42,338 nucleotides of DNA from an uncultured Gammaproteobacteria bacterium (lineage in GTDB: Bacteria; Patescibacteriota; Microgenomatia; Levybacterales; UBA12049): positions 1 through 42,338 of the forward strand of contig CAZSQB010000003.1 in NCBI GenBank assembly GCA_964608945.1, written 5' to 3'. Shown here piece by piece: positions 26,552-36,323 of this stretch. The position numbers and the translations under genes are program-made. A model generated the notes under the pieces. The model saw nothing but the letters and a program-made list of their open reading frames with translations, had not been told where the DNA came from and searched no databases. Positions within the stretch are counted from its first letter, which is position 1, and every line of letters starts with the position of its first letter.

Positions 26552-29500
26552 GGGGTGGAGAAGTAGTATCTGGGGTTAGTCTAATAGATTCTTCCGGAGC
26601 ATTGGGTTTTCCTGCAGACAGACCGCCATTGGGGGCGATCAAAGGAGATCCTTTTGAAATTGACATCCTTCAACATGAAGTTGGGATCGGTAAAGTGCCT
26701 ATTGCACTTGCTGCGCCGAGGTTTCGGGAACTACTAGCACAGAATCCTGAATGGGAAGCGCTTTTTGAACATTTTGGCGATTCGTCAAAGCATCTCACTC
26801 GTCTTTTGGTTGAATTATATCCTGATCGGTTTCGCGCGTACGGCCATTTGTATCGTATGACAAAAGCACTCAATCTTGGTGAAGGGCCACATCACCCGAG
26901 AGTGATATTGTTTCCTAAACCATCAGCTATGCCTGAATGCGCTAGTCCGCGGCAGGAAATTAATATTCAAGATATTATTACTGATTTCGAGACCGAAAAA
27001 CACTTTACTGGCTTTGTGCATAATCGTGAATCAATGCTTGCGAGATTGAGAGAGCTTATAGATAGTGAGTCTAATTCAGTTTTAAGAGCGTCTTATCAGC
27101 AGGCGCTCGACCACTTTCTGGATATTATTCATCTTTCGATTCCCGCTTTCAGAGAAGAATACCAGCCACGTCCGTATCAAGCAGAAGCGATATTGAAAGG
27201 ATTACATCGGGGAATTGAGGAAACAAGCATGGCAGATTTCGATGGTCCACGATCTGGAAAAACACTTGTAGCGCTTGGCCGTTTTGAACATCTGCGTCGG
27301 TTAGGTGTTGCAAAAAAAGCAGTGATTATTGCTCCTGCTGACGTCAAAGGGCAATGGCAGGAGAGAATGAATGAGTATTATATCGATTTGCCAAAGAGCG
27401 TCTTTATTGAAGGGAATGCAAAAGAAAAGCAATTGGCACTCGCTGCATTGCCTGACACAGCGTTTACTATCGCGAGCTATGATCTGCTTGTCAGCAGAAA
27501 AAACAGAAGCGGGCAAGCACAAGAAACTGATGAAAAAGTAAGTCGTTGGGTTGAAGAGTTAGGTTCTCTCGGAGCAGACTGTTTGATTGTAGATGAAGGA
27601 CACTATGCGAAAAATGTCCAGTTAGGTACTAAGCGAGCTGAGGCAATTTTGCGGCTTGCTAAAGCTTCAGGTTTTAAACACTTAATCTGGCTTACTGCGA
27701 CTCCAGCTGATCGGGTGAAGGATATGAACATTGTTGCCCACCTTTTAGACCCAGAGACATACCCGACGGTAGTGAGTTTTTCTACAATGCATCAGGATAA
27801 CCCGCGACTTGGCCATAATGACCTTATGACAAAGGTTGTTCGTCGAACAGCAAAAGAAACGTTAGGCTTACCAGATGACGAAGAGAATATTGTGCCGATA
27901 CAGTTGACGCCGACTCAGCAGGCAGTATACGAACATATCCACCAACAGGAAGACTCGCATCAATTTAGAAAGCTAACGAATCTTCGTGCCGCTCTTTTAC
28001 AGCCTGGACTCGTTGGGAGCGATACGCTCCCATTTGATAAGCAAACAGCCTACGCACTTATTACTGGTGCATATCTGAGGTGGCGACAGCAAGTAGCGCG
28101 CAATCCTGATTTATCATTTGATTCGGATTTTTTAGTAACCAACGGCTATAAGGAGTTATACTTGTCTGCACTTTTTAATCTTAACGGTGGCATAACAGAA
28201 TTTATACAGGAACTGCACAGTCCTCTTATCGCTGAAGCATGGCATGGTGAGACAGTTCCTGCAAAATTTGTGAAAATAAAAGAACTTATTGAGGAGTGTA
28301 TTAAAAAAGGAGAAAAAGTTGTTGTATTTTCGAGTATCTTTGCAAAGGGAGTAACAGATGATGTTGGCAGAGAGCATTTTCAATCACTGCTGCAGTACTT
28401 GCAACAAGAATTTGGTGAGGAAACTATCTTAAAGATTGATGGTAGTAATCATACAGAGGCTCGTGTTGTTCTTCCTGATGGAAGCAGGGTAAGCGAACGG
28501 GAGCTTATTCGGCGACAATGGAAAGATGATCCAACGAAACGAATTCTTTTGACGACTATTGGATCATCATCGCTTGGGATAGATCTCTCTATTCAGGATC
28601 CAACGATACCATCTGTGTCGGTCATTTTTGAAGGGTTGCCGTACTCATATAGCGCGTATGAGCAATCAGTTGCACGCGTCCATTGGTATGGGCAAACAGC
28701 ACCAACCCGAGTGTACATTGTTGAAGCTGAGAACGCCCTTGATGAGGAAATCTATCAGCTCCTGCGAGAGAAAAAACAATTGATTGATATGCTTCTTGAC
28801 GCAGTGCCATTGACAGATGAAGAAATAAAATTCCTTGAAGAAAGCCCTGATAAAGTTTCTAGTATTCTTTCTAGAATGATCCATTCCCCTCGGCAAAATA
28901 TGGCGTGGATGTTTCAATACATGCAGGGTAAACCGGCCGATGTAAATAGACAGTTCCTTGCAGGAAAATTTACCAAGTCACAAACATGTGAGGAATACTT
29001 AGCAGAATGGTATGACGAATTGTATGAGCACGGCTATCCTAAATATGTTGCAGATGTAGTAAAAGCGGTCATTGAAGGATTAGAAAGCAGATATGGAGTT
29101 GCTGAGCGTCTTGCTGATTTGGCATGTGGTACGCTCGGTGTTGCCCGAGCACTGGGGAGGCCTGTTATTAGTCTAGATATCAATGAATCAATGCTTCGGG
29201 AAGGGAAGAAAAAATTAGTAGATCAAGATATTGCCATACCTGATGAATGGCTAGTAGCTGGCAGCATTACGGAGTTACCGAAAGATGTCTTTCCTGATGA
29301 AAGCATTGATATTGGAGTTTGTTCGCTTGCGCTTGATTGCACTGCACCAGGTGAAGAACGAGAACAGGCAGTCAAAGAAATGCGTCGCAGTCTTAAGCCG
29401 GGAGGGCATCTTATCTTGACCCTTCCGGAAGGAGTGTTGACTAGCGAAGACTTTGCGCAGTTTCGTCAGGAGTTAGAGGCAATAGGATTTCAAGACAACC

Positions 29501-29916
29501 TAGGTTTATCAGGGTACGTCAGAGGGCACACTGGTAATGCAACCGTCTTTCATACATGGCTTTTCGTATTACAGAAAATAGACAGTCAGGAGTATTCTGT
29601 AGATTCACAGAAATTACTCTTTGCCTTTGAAAAACAGCAGGGAGGCAAGAAACGGAGTAAGGAAAGACAATTGCAGAAGCGCGCGCGAGATCGAGCACAA
29701 AAAATGCCTACAGTTGAGAGGCTTATTGTTTGTGTTCCTGAAGCAAGACAGACCTCCAACCATTGGGTGGAGAAAGGAGAACTGCATGAGCTTGTTGGAA
29801 ATTCGTTGCGAAGAGAGCTAATGGATTTATCAGAGGATGAGCTGGCTACCTATGGGTTTGAAAGAGATATCTACGTTCGCGGCGGGAAGCAAGGGATTCG
29901 GTTGACACGACAATAA
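26548..29916 (+). CDS. SNF2-like SF2 helicase/ATPase fused to a C-terminal class I SAM-dependent methyltransferase
   Basis: PRPYQ, GPRSGKT, IIAP, ASYD, IVDEGH, LTATP, KVVVFS, SSLGIDL, QSVARVHWYGQ; then LADLACGTLG, SLDINESML, DIGVCSLALD, RRSLKPGGHLIL. Confidence 0.88.
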   Translation: MRGGEVVSGVSLIDSSGALGFPADRPPLGAIKGDPFEIDILQHEVGIGKVPIALAAPRFRELLAQNPEWEALFEHFGDSSKHLTRLLVELYPDRFRAYGHLYRMTKALNLGEGPHHPRVILFPKPSAMPECASPRQEINIQDIITDFETEKHFTGFVHNRESMLARLRELIDSESNSVLRASYQQALDHFLDIIHLSIPAFREEYQPRPYQAEAILKGLHRGIEETSMADFDGPRSGKTLVALGRFEHLRRLGVAKKAVIIAPADVKGQWQERMNEYYIDLPKSVFIEGNAKEKQLALAALPDTAFTIASYDLLVSRKNRSGQAQETDEKVSRWVEELGSLGADCLIVDEGHYAKNVQLGTKRAEAILRLAKASGFKHLIWLTATPADRVKDMNIVAHLLDPETYPTVVSFSTMHQDNPRLGHNDLMTKVVRRTAKETLGLPDDEENIVPIQLTPTQQAVYEHIHQQEDSHQFRKLTNLRAALLQPGLVGSDTLPFDKQTAYALITGAYLRWRQQVARNPDLSFDSDFLVTNGYKELYLSALFNLNGGITEFIQELHSPLIAEAWHGETVPAKFVKIKELIEECIKKGEKVVVFSSIFAKGVTDDVGREHFQSLLQYLQQEFGEETILKIDGSNHTEARVVLPDGSRVSERELIRRQWKDDPTKRILLTTIGSSSLGIDLSIQDPTIPSVSVIFEGLPYSYSAYEQSVARVHWYGQTAPTRVYIVEAENALDEEIYQLLREKKQLIDMLLDAVPLTDEEIKFLEESPDKVSSILSRMIHSPRQNMAWMFQYMQGKPADVNRQFLAGKFTKSQTCEEYLAEWYDELYEHGYPKYVADVVKAVIEGLESRYGVAERLADLACGTLGVARALGRPVISLDINESMLREGKKKLVDQDIAIPDEWLVAGSITELPKDVFPDESIDIGVCSLALDCTAPGEEREQAVKEMRRSLKPGGHLILTLPEGVLTSEDFAQFRQELEAIGFQDNLGLSGYVRGHTGNATVFHTWLFVLQKIDSQEYSVDSQKLLFAFEKQQGGKKRSKERQLQKRARDRAQKMPTVERLIVCVPEARQTSNHWVEKGELHELVGNSLRRELMDLSEDELATYGFERDIYVRGGKQGIRLTRQ

Positions 29917-29930
29917 TAATATGCTATAAG
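29902..29930 (+). promoter_or_regulatory. Sigma70-type promoter overlapping the helicase gene end
   Basis: TTGACA-17 bp-TATAAG with an extended TG. Confidence 0.65.
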
Positions 29931-29938
29931 CTAAGTCA

Positions 29939-30379
29939 TTGCCTATGGGAACTGAACCAAGAGATTTACCATCACCAAAATTTAGTTTCGAGGCGGATGC
30001 TACGGAGGTAGCAGATCAATTGATAAACGCGCGATTTCAAGTAGGCGATCAAACTGCAACTATTGTTGAGACAGAATGGTTTACAAGAGATGAAAACGAT
30101 CGAGGACAGTACCGAATTCTCACGAAATTGCCACCAGCTCGGCTGGTAGGCATTCCATACATCGCTTCAACGTTAGCTTTGGTAACTACAGGGAATGGAA
30201 GCGCAGTTAAGCTAAATGGGCTAGAGGTTACAATGCCTGATGGGGCAATAAAAAAGGTAGAGGGGTCTGGTAACGTTGGCAAGTTCTTCGGTCTTAACAA
30301 GGGCGATGTGCGAGAAATATCCATTCAAGACCCTTATTCAAAAGTATTTAGAGTAGAAACACCACACACCTCACAATAG
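29939..30379 (+). CDS. Divergent 3-methyladenine DNA glycosylase (MPG/AAG)-like protein (start TTG 29939 or ATG 29945)
   Basis: FEADATEVADQLI, ATIVETEWF (cf. GRIVETEAY), LPPARL..IPY, GSAVKLNGLE (cf. GxAVLIRAxE), EGSGNVGKFFGL (cf. GPGKLxxALGI). Confidence 0.6.
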   Translation: MPMGTEPRDLPSPKFSFEADATEVADQLINARFQVGDQTATIVETEWFTRDENDRGQYRILTKLPPARLVGIPYIASTLALVTTGNGSAVKLNGLEVTMPDGAIKKVEGSGNVGKFFGLNKGDVREISIQDPYSKVFRVETPHTSQ

Positions 30380-30434
30380 TTTTTTATTACCCTGATTCCA
30401 CATATTCTTTCTGTGTTATAATTTTCCCACGCTT

Positions 30435-31013
30435 ATGATCGGGATGTTGCGTGGGATAGTGGGACTGCGAGATATAAACTTCATTATTGTTGATGTGCAG
30501 GGAGTTGGCTACAAAGTGCTTCTTTCGCAAAAAGCCCTCAGTCAAATCCAATCCACCGGCGAGTCGATACAGCTTTTTACGTACACCTACGTTCGCGATG
30601 ACGCGATTGATTTGTATGGCTTCACGAACATGGAGGACTTGAAGTTGTTTGAGATGTTAATTAGTGTTTCAGGTGTTGGGTGTAAATCTGCTTTGGGCAT
30701 TTTCTCAATTGGGAGTAGGGGTAAGATCATCGATGCAATTCTGAAAAATGACGTCGCGTTCTTTATGAGCGCTCCGCGTCTGGGCAAGAAAAATGCCCAA
30801 AAAATCATCATAGAGCTTAAGAGCAAGCTCGGAGATGCTACAGATTTTGATTTAGGAACAGAGGAAGGAAAGGACGCTGATGAGGTGATCCAAGCGCTCA
30901 AAGGCTTTGGATTTACCTATCGTGAAGCACAAGACGCTTTGCGTCAAAGCAATGGCAAAGGCGAGACAACAGCTGAAAGAATCAGACAAGCATTAAAATA
31001 TCTTGGGAAGTAG
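30435..31013 (+). CDS. ruvA: Holliday junction branch migration protein RuvA
   Basis: [52 protein letters not shown]. Confidence 0.97.
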   Translation: MIGMLRGIVGLRDINFIIVDVQGVGYKVLLSQKALSQIQSTGESIQLFTYTYVRDDAIDLYGFTNMEDLKLFEMLISVSGVGCKSALGIFSIGSRGKIIDAILKNDVAFFMSAPRLGKKNAQKIIIELKSKLGDATDFDLGTEEGKDADEVIQALKGFGFTYREAQDALRQSNGKGETTAERIRQALKYLGK

Positions 31014-31047
31014 GTTACCTAAGGCACCTAAGTTACTTAAAGAACTT

Positions 31048-32091
31048 ATGGACAAAACGAAACAATTACTAGAAGAACATATCGAGCAGGAAGCGCCAGA
31101 AGAGGAAGTGCTATTTACTTCTTTAAGGGCAAAAACGCTTGCTGAATTTTTAGGCCAGGAAGATATTAAGAAGTCGTTAAAAATCGCAACAGAGGCGGCC
31201 AAGCAACGAAGCGAAGCGCTTGAGCATATTCTCCTTTATGGACCGCCGGGTCTTGGCAAGACCACGCTTTCTCACATTATTGCTCAGGAAATGGGAAGTA
31301 ATATTCGCGTTACCTCGGGTCCTGCTATCGAGCGAGCAGGTGATGTAGCATCAATCCTGACCAATCTTGAGAAAGGCGACATCCTTTTTATCGACGAAAT
31401 TCACCGACTTAATACAGTAGTTGAGGAGACATTGTATCCTGCGATGGAAGATTATGCCCTGGATATTATTATCGGCAAAGGGCCATCAGCCAGAACAGTG
31501 CGACTTGATCTGCCGCAGTTTACAATTGTTGGTGCAACAACCAGGATTGGACTTTTAACAGGACCGCTTCGCGACCGCTTTGGCGTTGTGCATCGGTTGA
31601 ATTTCTACAGCCCTGAGGAGTTGTCGCATATTATTACCGCTGCTGCAAAAAAGCTGAAAGTAAAAATAGACAAAGAGAGTGTAAAAGAGATTGCTATTCG
31701 CGCTCGAGGAACACCACGTATTGGCTTAAAGCTTCTCAAACGTGCACGGGATTATGCACAAGTAAAGGGAGAGGGACATATTACAAAAGAGCTGACACAG
31801 GAAGCGCTGAAGATGCTTGGTGTTGACCGGCTTGGGCTTGATCCTTTGGATATTAGGTTTTTATACGCAATTATTGAAAAACATAGCGGGGGGCCTGTGG
31901 GAATTGAGACAATTGCATCAACTATTGCCGAGGATATTGGTACTCTGGAAGAGGTAACAGAGCCGTTTCTCCTGCAGATCGGTTTTCTCAAACGAACACC
32001 CAGAGGTCGCGTCGCGACAAGGAGGGCATATGAGCATATTGGCTACCCATATCCCCACGAGGAAAAATCCCGGCAGCAGAAGCTAATCTAG
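31048..32091 (+). CDS. ruvB: Holliday junction branch migration helicase RuvB
   Basis: [60 protein letters not shown]; ATG 31048 preferred over TTG 31003. Confidence 0.98.
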   Translation: MDKTKQLLEEHIEQEAPEEEVLFTSLRAKTLAEFLGQEDIKKSLKIATEAAKQRSEALEHILLYGPPGLGKTTLSHIIAQEMGSNIRVTSGPAIERAGDVASILTNLEKGDILFIDEIHRLNTVVEETLYPAMEDYALDIIIGKGPSARTVRLDLPQFTIVGATTRIGLLTGPLRDRFGVVHRLNFYSPEELSHIITAAAKKLKVKIDKESVKEIAIRARGTPRIGLKLLKRARDYAQVKGEGHITKELTQEALKMLGVDRLGLDPLDIRFLYAIIEKHSGGPVGIETIASTIAEDIGTLEEVTEPFLLQIGFLKRTPRGRVATRRAYEHIGYPYPHEEKSRQQKLI

Positions 32092-32129
32092 CGCATCTCT
32101 CCCCTTAACCTGACTTCCTCACGATACTG

Positions 32130-32163
32130 GCCCTGTACCAGAACGGTACGGGGCGGGTTTTCT
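32130..32163. terminator. Hairpin GCCCTGTACC-AGAAC-GGTACGGGGC between convergent ruvB and ATPase genes (terminator and/or REP-like insert)
   Basis: 10-bp stem with one G:T pair, followed by a short T-run. Confidence 0.5.
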
Positions 32164-32186
32164 TACCATTTACCCCTGAGCCAAAC

Positions 32187-34550
32187 CTAGTACACCAAGT
32201 GAAATATTTCCTGAAAAAATGGCGTTGTTGTGATAATTATTTGCAGTAAAAGTGTCACAAACACTGTAATAATGAGCATTTTGTTTATTCTGAAGATTGA
32301 CTGTCCCCTTATGAAAAACGCAAAGACCATGTGATAAAACACAAGAAGATTGAAGATGATAGTACGAGCGTGGGGCTCTGAGTGGGTATGGAGTAATTGC
32401 TGAAAGATAAGGAGAAGAATACTCGCTGCGCCTAAGCCAACGGTTACGATCAGAAGCACCCGGTGTGTAGTCAAAATAGGAATTTTGGGGTTACGGGGAG
32501 TGTGTTTGAGTATGTCAGGATTTTTGTTATCGCTCGCCAGTGCAAGAGCAGGTAGTCCATCTGTGACAATATTTATCCAAAGAATCTGCGTTGGCAAAAG
32601 CACAGAAGGCATGCCAAAAAGCGCTGCAAAAAAGACGAGGGAGAGCTCTGAGAGATTTCCTGAGAGAAGATACGTGATAGCTTTCACAATATTACTATAA
32701 ACAGTTCGTCCTTCCTCAACCGCTTTTACCAATGTTGCAAAGTTATCATCAGCTATGACAATGTCGCTTGCTTCTTTTGCAACATCCGTTCCCGACTCTC
32801 CCATAGCGATCCCAACGTCTGCTTTTTTCAAGGCGAGGGCGTCGTTTACTCCGTCACCTGTTACGCCGACGACATACCCCAGCTTTTTAAGAAGAGTGGC
32901 AAGTCGGAGTTTGTCATGCGGCTCTGTGCGGGCAAATACTCGAGTTTTCAGGACAAGAGACGAAAGCTCGTCATCTGACATACGCTTTAATTCTTCCCCT
33001 GTGACAACATCTTCATCTTTTTGTATAAGCCCTATTTCTTTGGCGATTGAGAGCGCAGTATATTCATTGTCTCCGGTAACCATAATGGTTTTTATTCCGG
33101 CAGCTCTTGCTTCGTGAATTGCGTGTTTCACCTCAGGCCGGGGCGGATCATAGATACCGATGAGGCCGAGTATATGAAGATCGTTCTCAAGCTCTGCACG
33201 ATCTTTTTTGTGTGCATCTGTATCTTCTTTAAATGCTAAAGCAATGACACGAAGTCCTTCTTTTGCATACTCTTGATAAAGAGACTCAAGTGCCTGTCGT
33301 TCTTGTTGTGGAGCAGTAGATCGAGCAAGGATCGCCTCAGGCGCGCCACGTGAGAAAACATATTTTTTTCCGTCTTTTTCCCAGACTGTGGTGATCATGC
33401 GGGTGGCAGTATCGAAGACATGCTCGTCAATAATCTTGCCTAATTTTACCTGTTCTTCCATACCCGGTTCGGCTTGTTTGGCATAGAGGAGCAGTGCTCC
33501 GTCAGTCTTGTCACCGACAATGTCAAAATGTTTTCCTTCCGCCTGCTGTATAAGAGATGCTGTATTGCCAAGCATGCAACCCAAAAGAAGATTGGGCAGG
33601 TCGTCTTTTTTGACAACCCAGACTTTTTTTACCTGCATTTTGTTTTGGGTTAAGGTCCCGGTTTTATCAACGAGTATTACTTGGACAGCGCCAAGCGTTT
33701 CAACAGCCGGCATTCTCCGAATAAGAGTCTTGCGTTTCGCCATACGGTTGGTGCCTATCGCAAGCGCAATTGTGATAACTGCGGGGAGGCCTTCCGGGAT
33801 AGCCGCAACGGCGATACTCGTGGCAAGGAGCAAAAACGGTAAAATATCTTTTCCCTGAGCGTAGCCAATTGGAAGCAAAAGGAGTGCTATGGCTATAGCA
33901 AAAAGCGAAATTGCTTTACCCAATGTGTCAAGCTGTTTTTGTAACGGAGCTTTATCTTCCTCAATGGTTGCAAGAGATTCTGCGATCTGCCCGAACCTAG
34001 TCTGCATCCCAATCTGGGTTACACGCATTTTGCCTTTTCCTTTAACAATCAGCGTGCCCAAGAAAGCTTCATTGTTTTCCAGTTTGATAACTGGTAAAGA
34101 TTCGCCGGTGAGGAGGGATTCATCGATTTCCAGATGGCGGGTCGTAAGAAGTGTCCCGTCCGCCGGGATCCGGTCACCTTCTCTGAGGACGATGATATCG
34201 TCAGGAACAAGCTCTTGTGTTGGTATTTCGGTTTCTTTACCCTCTCGTATTACTCGAGTTGTTGTGGTTGTATAGGTTTTTAGCTTTTCAAGTGACTTTT
34301 CTGCTCTATATTCCTGAAAGAAGCCAAAGATACCATTGATAAAGACGATGGCAAGAATAAAGTAGCCGTCAATCGGATCATGGACCAGAAAAGAGATCGT
34401 CGCTGCAAGAAGGAGTATGCCATTAATAAATATGGGAAATTGGGAGAGAAAAATCGATACGGCAGAAGTAGTTGATTTGGTTACGATTTCATTCTTACCA
34501 AATTGTTGAGATTTTTCCGCGACTTGCGTTAATGATAAACCGTTTTCCAT
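32187..34550 (-). CDS. Cation-transporting P-type ATPase (type II, Ca2+-like)
   Basis: LLTGES, AIPEGLP, DKTGTLT, MVTGDN, TGDGVNDA, QILWINIVTDGLPA; ATG 34550 follows TGgTAGAAT. Confidence 0.95.
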   Translation of the reverse strand: MENGLSLTQVAEKSQQFGKNEIVTKSTTSAVSIFLSQFPIFINGILLLAATISFLVHDPIDGYFILAIVFINGIFGFFQEYRAEKSLEKLKTYTTTTTRVIREGKETEIPTQELVPDDIIVLREGDRIPADGTLLTTRHLEIDESLLTGESLPVIKLENNEAFLGTLIVKGKGKMRVTQIGMQTRFGQIAESLATIEEDKAPLQKQLDTLGKAISLFAIAIALLLLPIGYAQGKDILPFLLLATSIAVAAIPEGLPAVITIALAIGTNRMAKRKTLIRRMPAVETLGAVQVILVDKTGTLTQNKMQVKKVWVVKKDDLPNLLLGCMLGNTASLIQQAEGKHFDIVGDKTDGALLLYAKQAEPGMEEQVKLGKIIDEHVFDTATRMITTVWEKDGKKYVFSRGAPEAILARSTAPQQERQALESLYQEYAKEGLRVIALAFKEDTDAHKKDRAELENDLHILGLIGIYDPPRPEVKHAIHEARAAGIKTIMVTGDNEYTALSIAKEIGLIQKDEDVVTGEELKRMSDDELSSLVLKTRVFARTEPHDKLRLATLLKKLGYVVGVTGDGVNDALALKKADVGIAMGESGTDVAKEASDIVIADDNFATLVKAVEEGRTVYSNIVKAITYLLSGNLSELSLVFFAALFGMPSVLLPTQILWINIVTDGLPALALASDNKNPDILKHTPRNPKIPILTTHRVLLIVTVGLGAASILLLIFQQLLHTHSEPHARTIIFNLLVFYHMVFAFFIRGQSIFRINKMLIITVFVTLLLQIIITTTPFFQEIFHLVY

Positions 34551-34572
34551 GTACCATTTTATTCTACCATTC

Positions 34573-36315
34573 TTATTGGCAGTGTGTTTGGTACTGCTTG
34601 GCAACTATTTCGGCTGCGAGGTTTTGTTGTTGCGCGTAATGAACGCTCAGGTTATATAAGACTTGGCAATCCCGAGGATCAATAGCGAGAATATCCTGAT
34701 ACGTTCGGATTTCAGGTTCTGTCCAGCCGACGGTATTGAAAAAGTGCGCAAGCTGCAGGAGGGAATTGCGATTTTGTTTGTCCAAGTGACTGACTGCAGG
34801 GTTTTTCTCTGTTTGTGAAAAGCGTTCAATGAGCGATGCATTGCTTTTGTTGTTTTTGACGAGAATAACGATTGTATCATCAAGATACACAACGCGCCAT
34901 AAAGGAGTATTGACAATGCGCTTCAAAAACGCATCCGCCCATGGTGTTTGGTCTGTATGTGAGAAAAAAATAGTATTGAAGTGATATTTCTTATCCTGCT
35001 TGGCAAAGACCACTTCATCTTGCTGCATGGGAATATATGTATTCTGAAAAAAATCTTTGGGGTATGCTTCAGGTCTCCCGTCGACAAATACCCGCTCCTT
35101 AGGATACAGTCTGTAGATAAGGTATCCTCCGATATCAAAATTATTGAAAAGCGGCCCTCGCAGATTGTTTTCTTCAAAAAATGTCACACCGTTTTTTGCA
35201 CCAGTTACCTCATGTAAGCCAACGCCCTTTTTTGCAACAATAACCTTGATTTGTAAAAGCAATATTCCCATAACAAGAATAACTGCAAGGCTTTTGAAGC
35301 GCTTATTTGCTAGCATTCTTGTTTTATTGAGCTTTTCATAGAGCAGAGAAAAGCTATACATAAAAGGAATTAATGTCGCAAAGACAAATAAGGGAAAGTT
35401 TCGAACAGCAGAGAGCGCAAGGTATGTAAAGACAATTGCAAGCAGCCAGTCAATACGCCGTGAGCGTTTCAGCGTTAAAAAAAGAGAAAGAAAAAGAAGG
35501 AAAACTGTGATTTTAAAGTAGGGAAATGACAATTTTTGAAACCCAAGTGACTCAAGGAGAAACATTGATTGGTTTTCTTCAATGGTGTAGCCGTAGTTTT
35601 GTAGGACATGGAAAGGGTAAATTGCGCCTTGTAGGCCGTTTGGATTTATCAGTGTTACAAGCAGCGTAGCGCAGAAAACAATTACTAATATACTAGTATA
35701 TTTGGAGGAGAGAGCATGGCGGTGAGTGATAATTACGTCGATAACAAACAATCCAACAATCAGTATTCCTATAATAAAATAGATGTGCATATTGACCCAT
35801 AAAAGTTCAAGGGGAACAAGCAGAAAAACCAAGGCTGTGAACTTTTCTCTATAGCGGTAGAGCACAACGATAAAAATCGCAGTTAAGAGAAAGCTGAAGA
35901 TTTCTGGCCGAAGATCAGTCCGCTCAAATAGAATTGGGAGATTGAGCATTGATGCGATAGCAATAAGTACGGTATGCCTTATCAGGCGGTATCCTGTGCT
36001 AACAAGTAATCCATATGCGATGAGCATCAGTAGTGTCATAACGACCAGCAACCCTGTGAATCCGAAAGCGGAAGAAAGAGCAGAAAAGATGATTTCTGAA
36101 AGGTAGTGCGTATTTATAAATGGAAAGTCAGGATAGGTGTAGGAAAACAGGTTGGTTTTTGGTATCTGTCCTGTCTGCGCAATCATTTTTCCCAAAAGCA
36201 AATGTCTCCCTAAATCCTGCGTGATGGCTGTTATAGGGTGGAAATAGCCAACAAAAAGCAAAAGGAATACAAGAACGAGGAGACTTATGTCAATGATATG
36301 CAATTTCCGAAGCAT
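34573..36315 (-). CDS. Polytopic membrane protein, GT-C glycosyltransferase-like, with a C-terminal TPR-like segment
   Basis: QDLGRHLLLG, LRPEIFS, LWVNMH, INPNG, RNFP, GGYLIY..VFVDGRPE; many TM segments. Confidence 0.65.
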   Translation of the reverse strand: MLRKLHIIDISLLVLVFLLLFVGYFHPITAITQDLGRHLLLGKMIAQTGQIPKTNLFSYTYPDFPFINTHYLSEIIFSALSSAFGFTGLLVVMTLLMLIAYGLLVSTGYRLIRHTVLIAIASMLNLPILFERTDLRPEIFSFLLTAIFIVVLYRYREKFTALVFLLVPLELLWVNMHIYFIIGILIVGLFVIDVIITHRHALSSKYTSILVIVFCATLLVTLINPNGLQGAIYPFHVLQNYGYTIEENQSMFLLESLGFQKLSFPYFKITVFLLFLSLFLTLKRSRRIDWLLAIVFTYLALSAVRNFPLFVFATLIPFMYSFSLLYEKLNKTRMLANKRFKSLAVILVMGILLLQIKVIVAKKGVGLHEVTGAKNGVTFFEENNLRGPLFNNFDIGGYLIYRLYPKERVFVDGRPEAYPKDFFQNTYIPMQQDEVVFAKQDKKYHFNTIFFSHTDQTPWADAFLKRIVNTPLWRVVYLDDTIVILVKNNKSNASLIERFSQTEKNPAVSHLDKQNRNSLLQLAHFFNTVGWTEPEIRTYQDILAIDPRDCQVLYNLSVHYAQQQNLAAEIVAKQYQTHCQ

Positions 36316-36323
36316 GTATCCTA

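Noticed and set aside
23768-30434. Block as a prophage, IS or integrative element, or as DISARM/BREX/type III RM
   Set aside because: No integrase, transposase or convincing flanking direct repeats; no DNA-MTase catalytic motif, PLD nuclease, DUF1998 or PglZ recognised.
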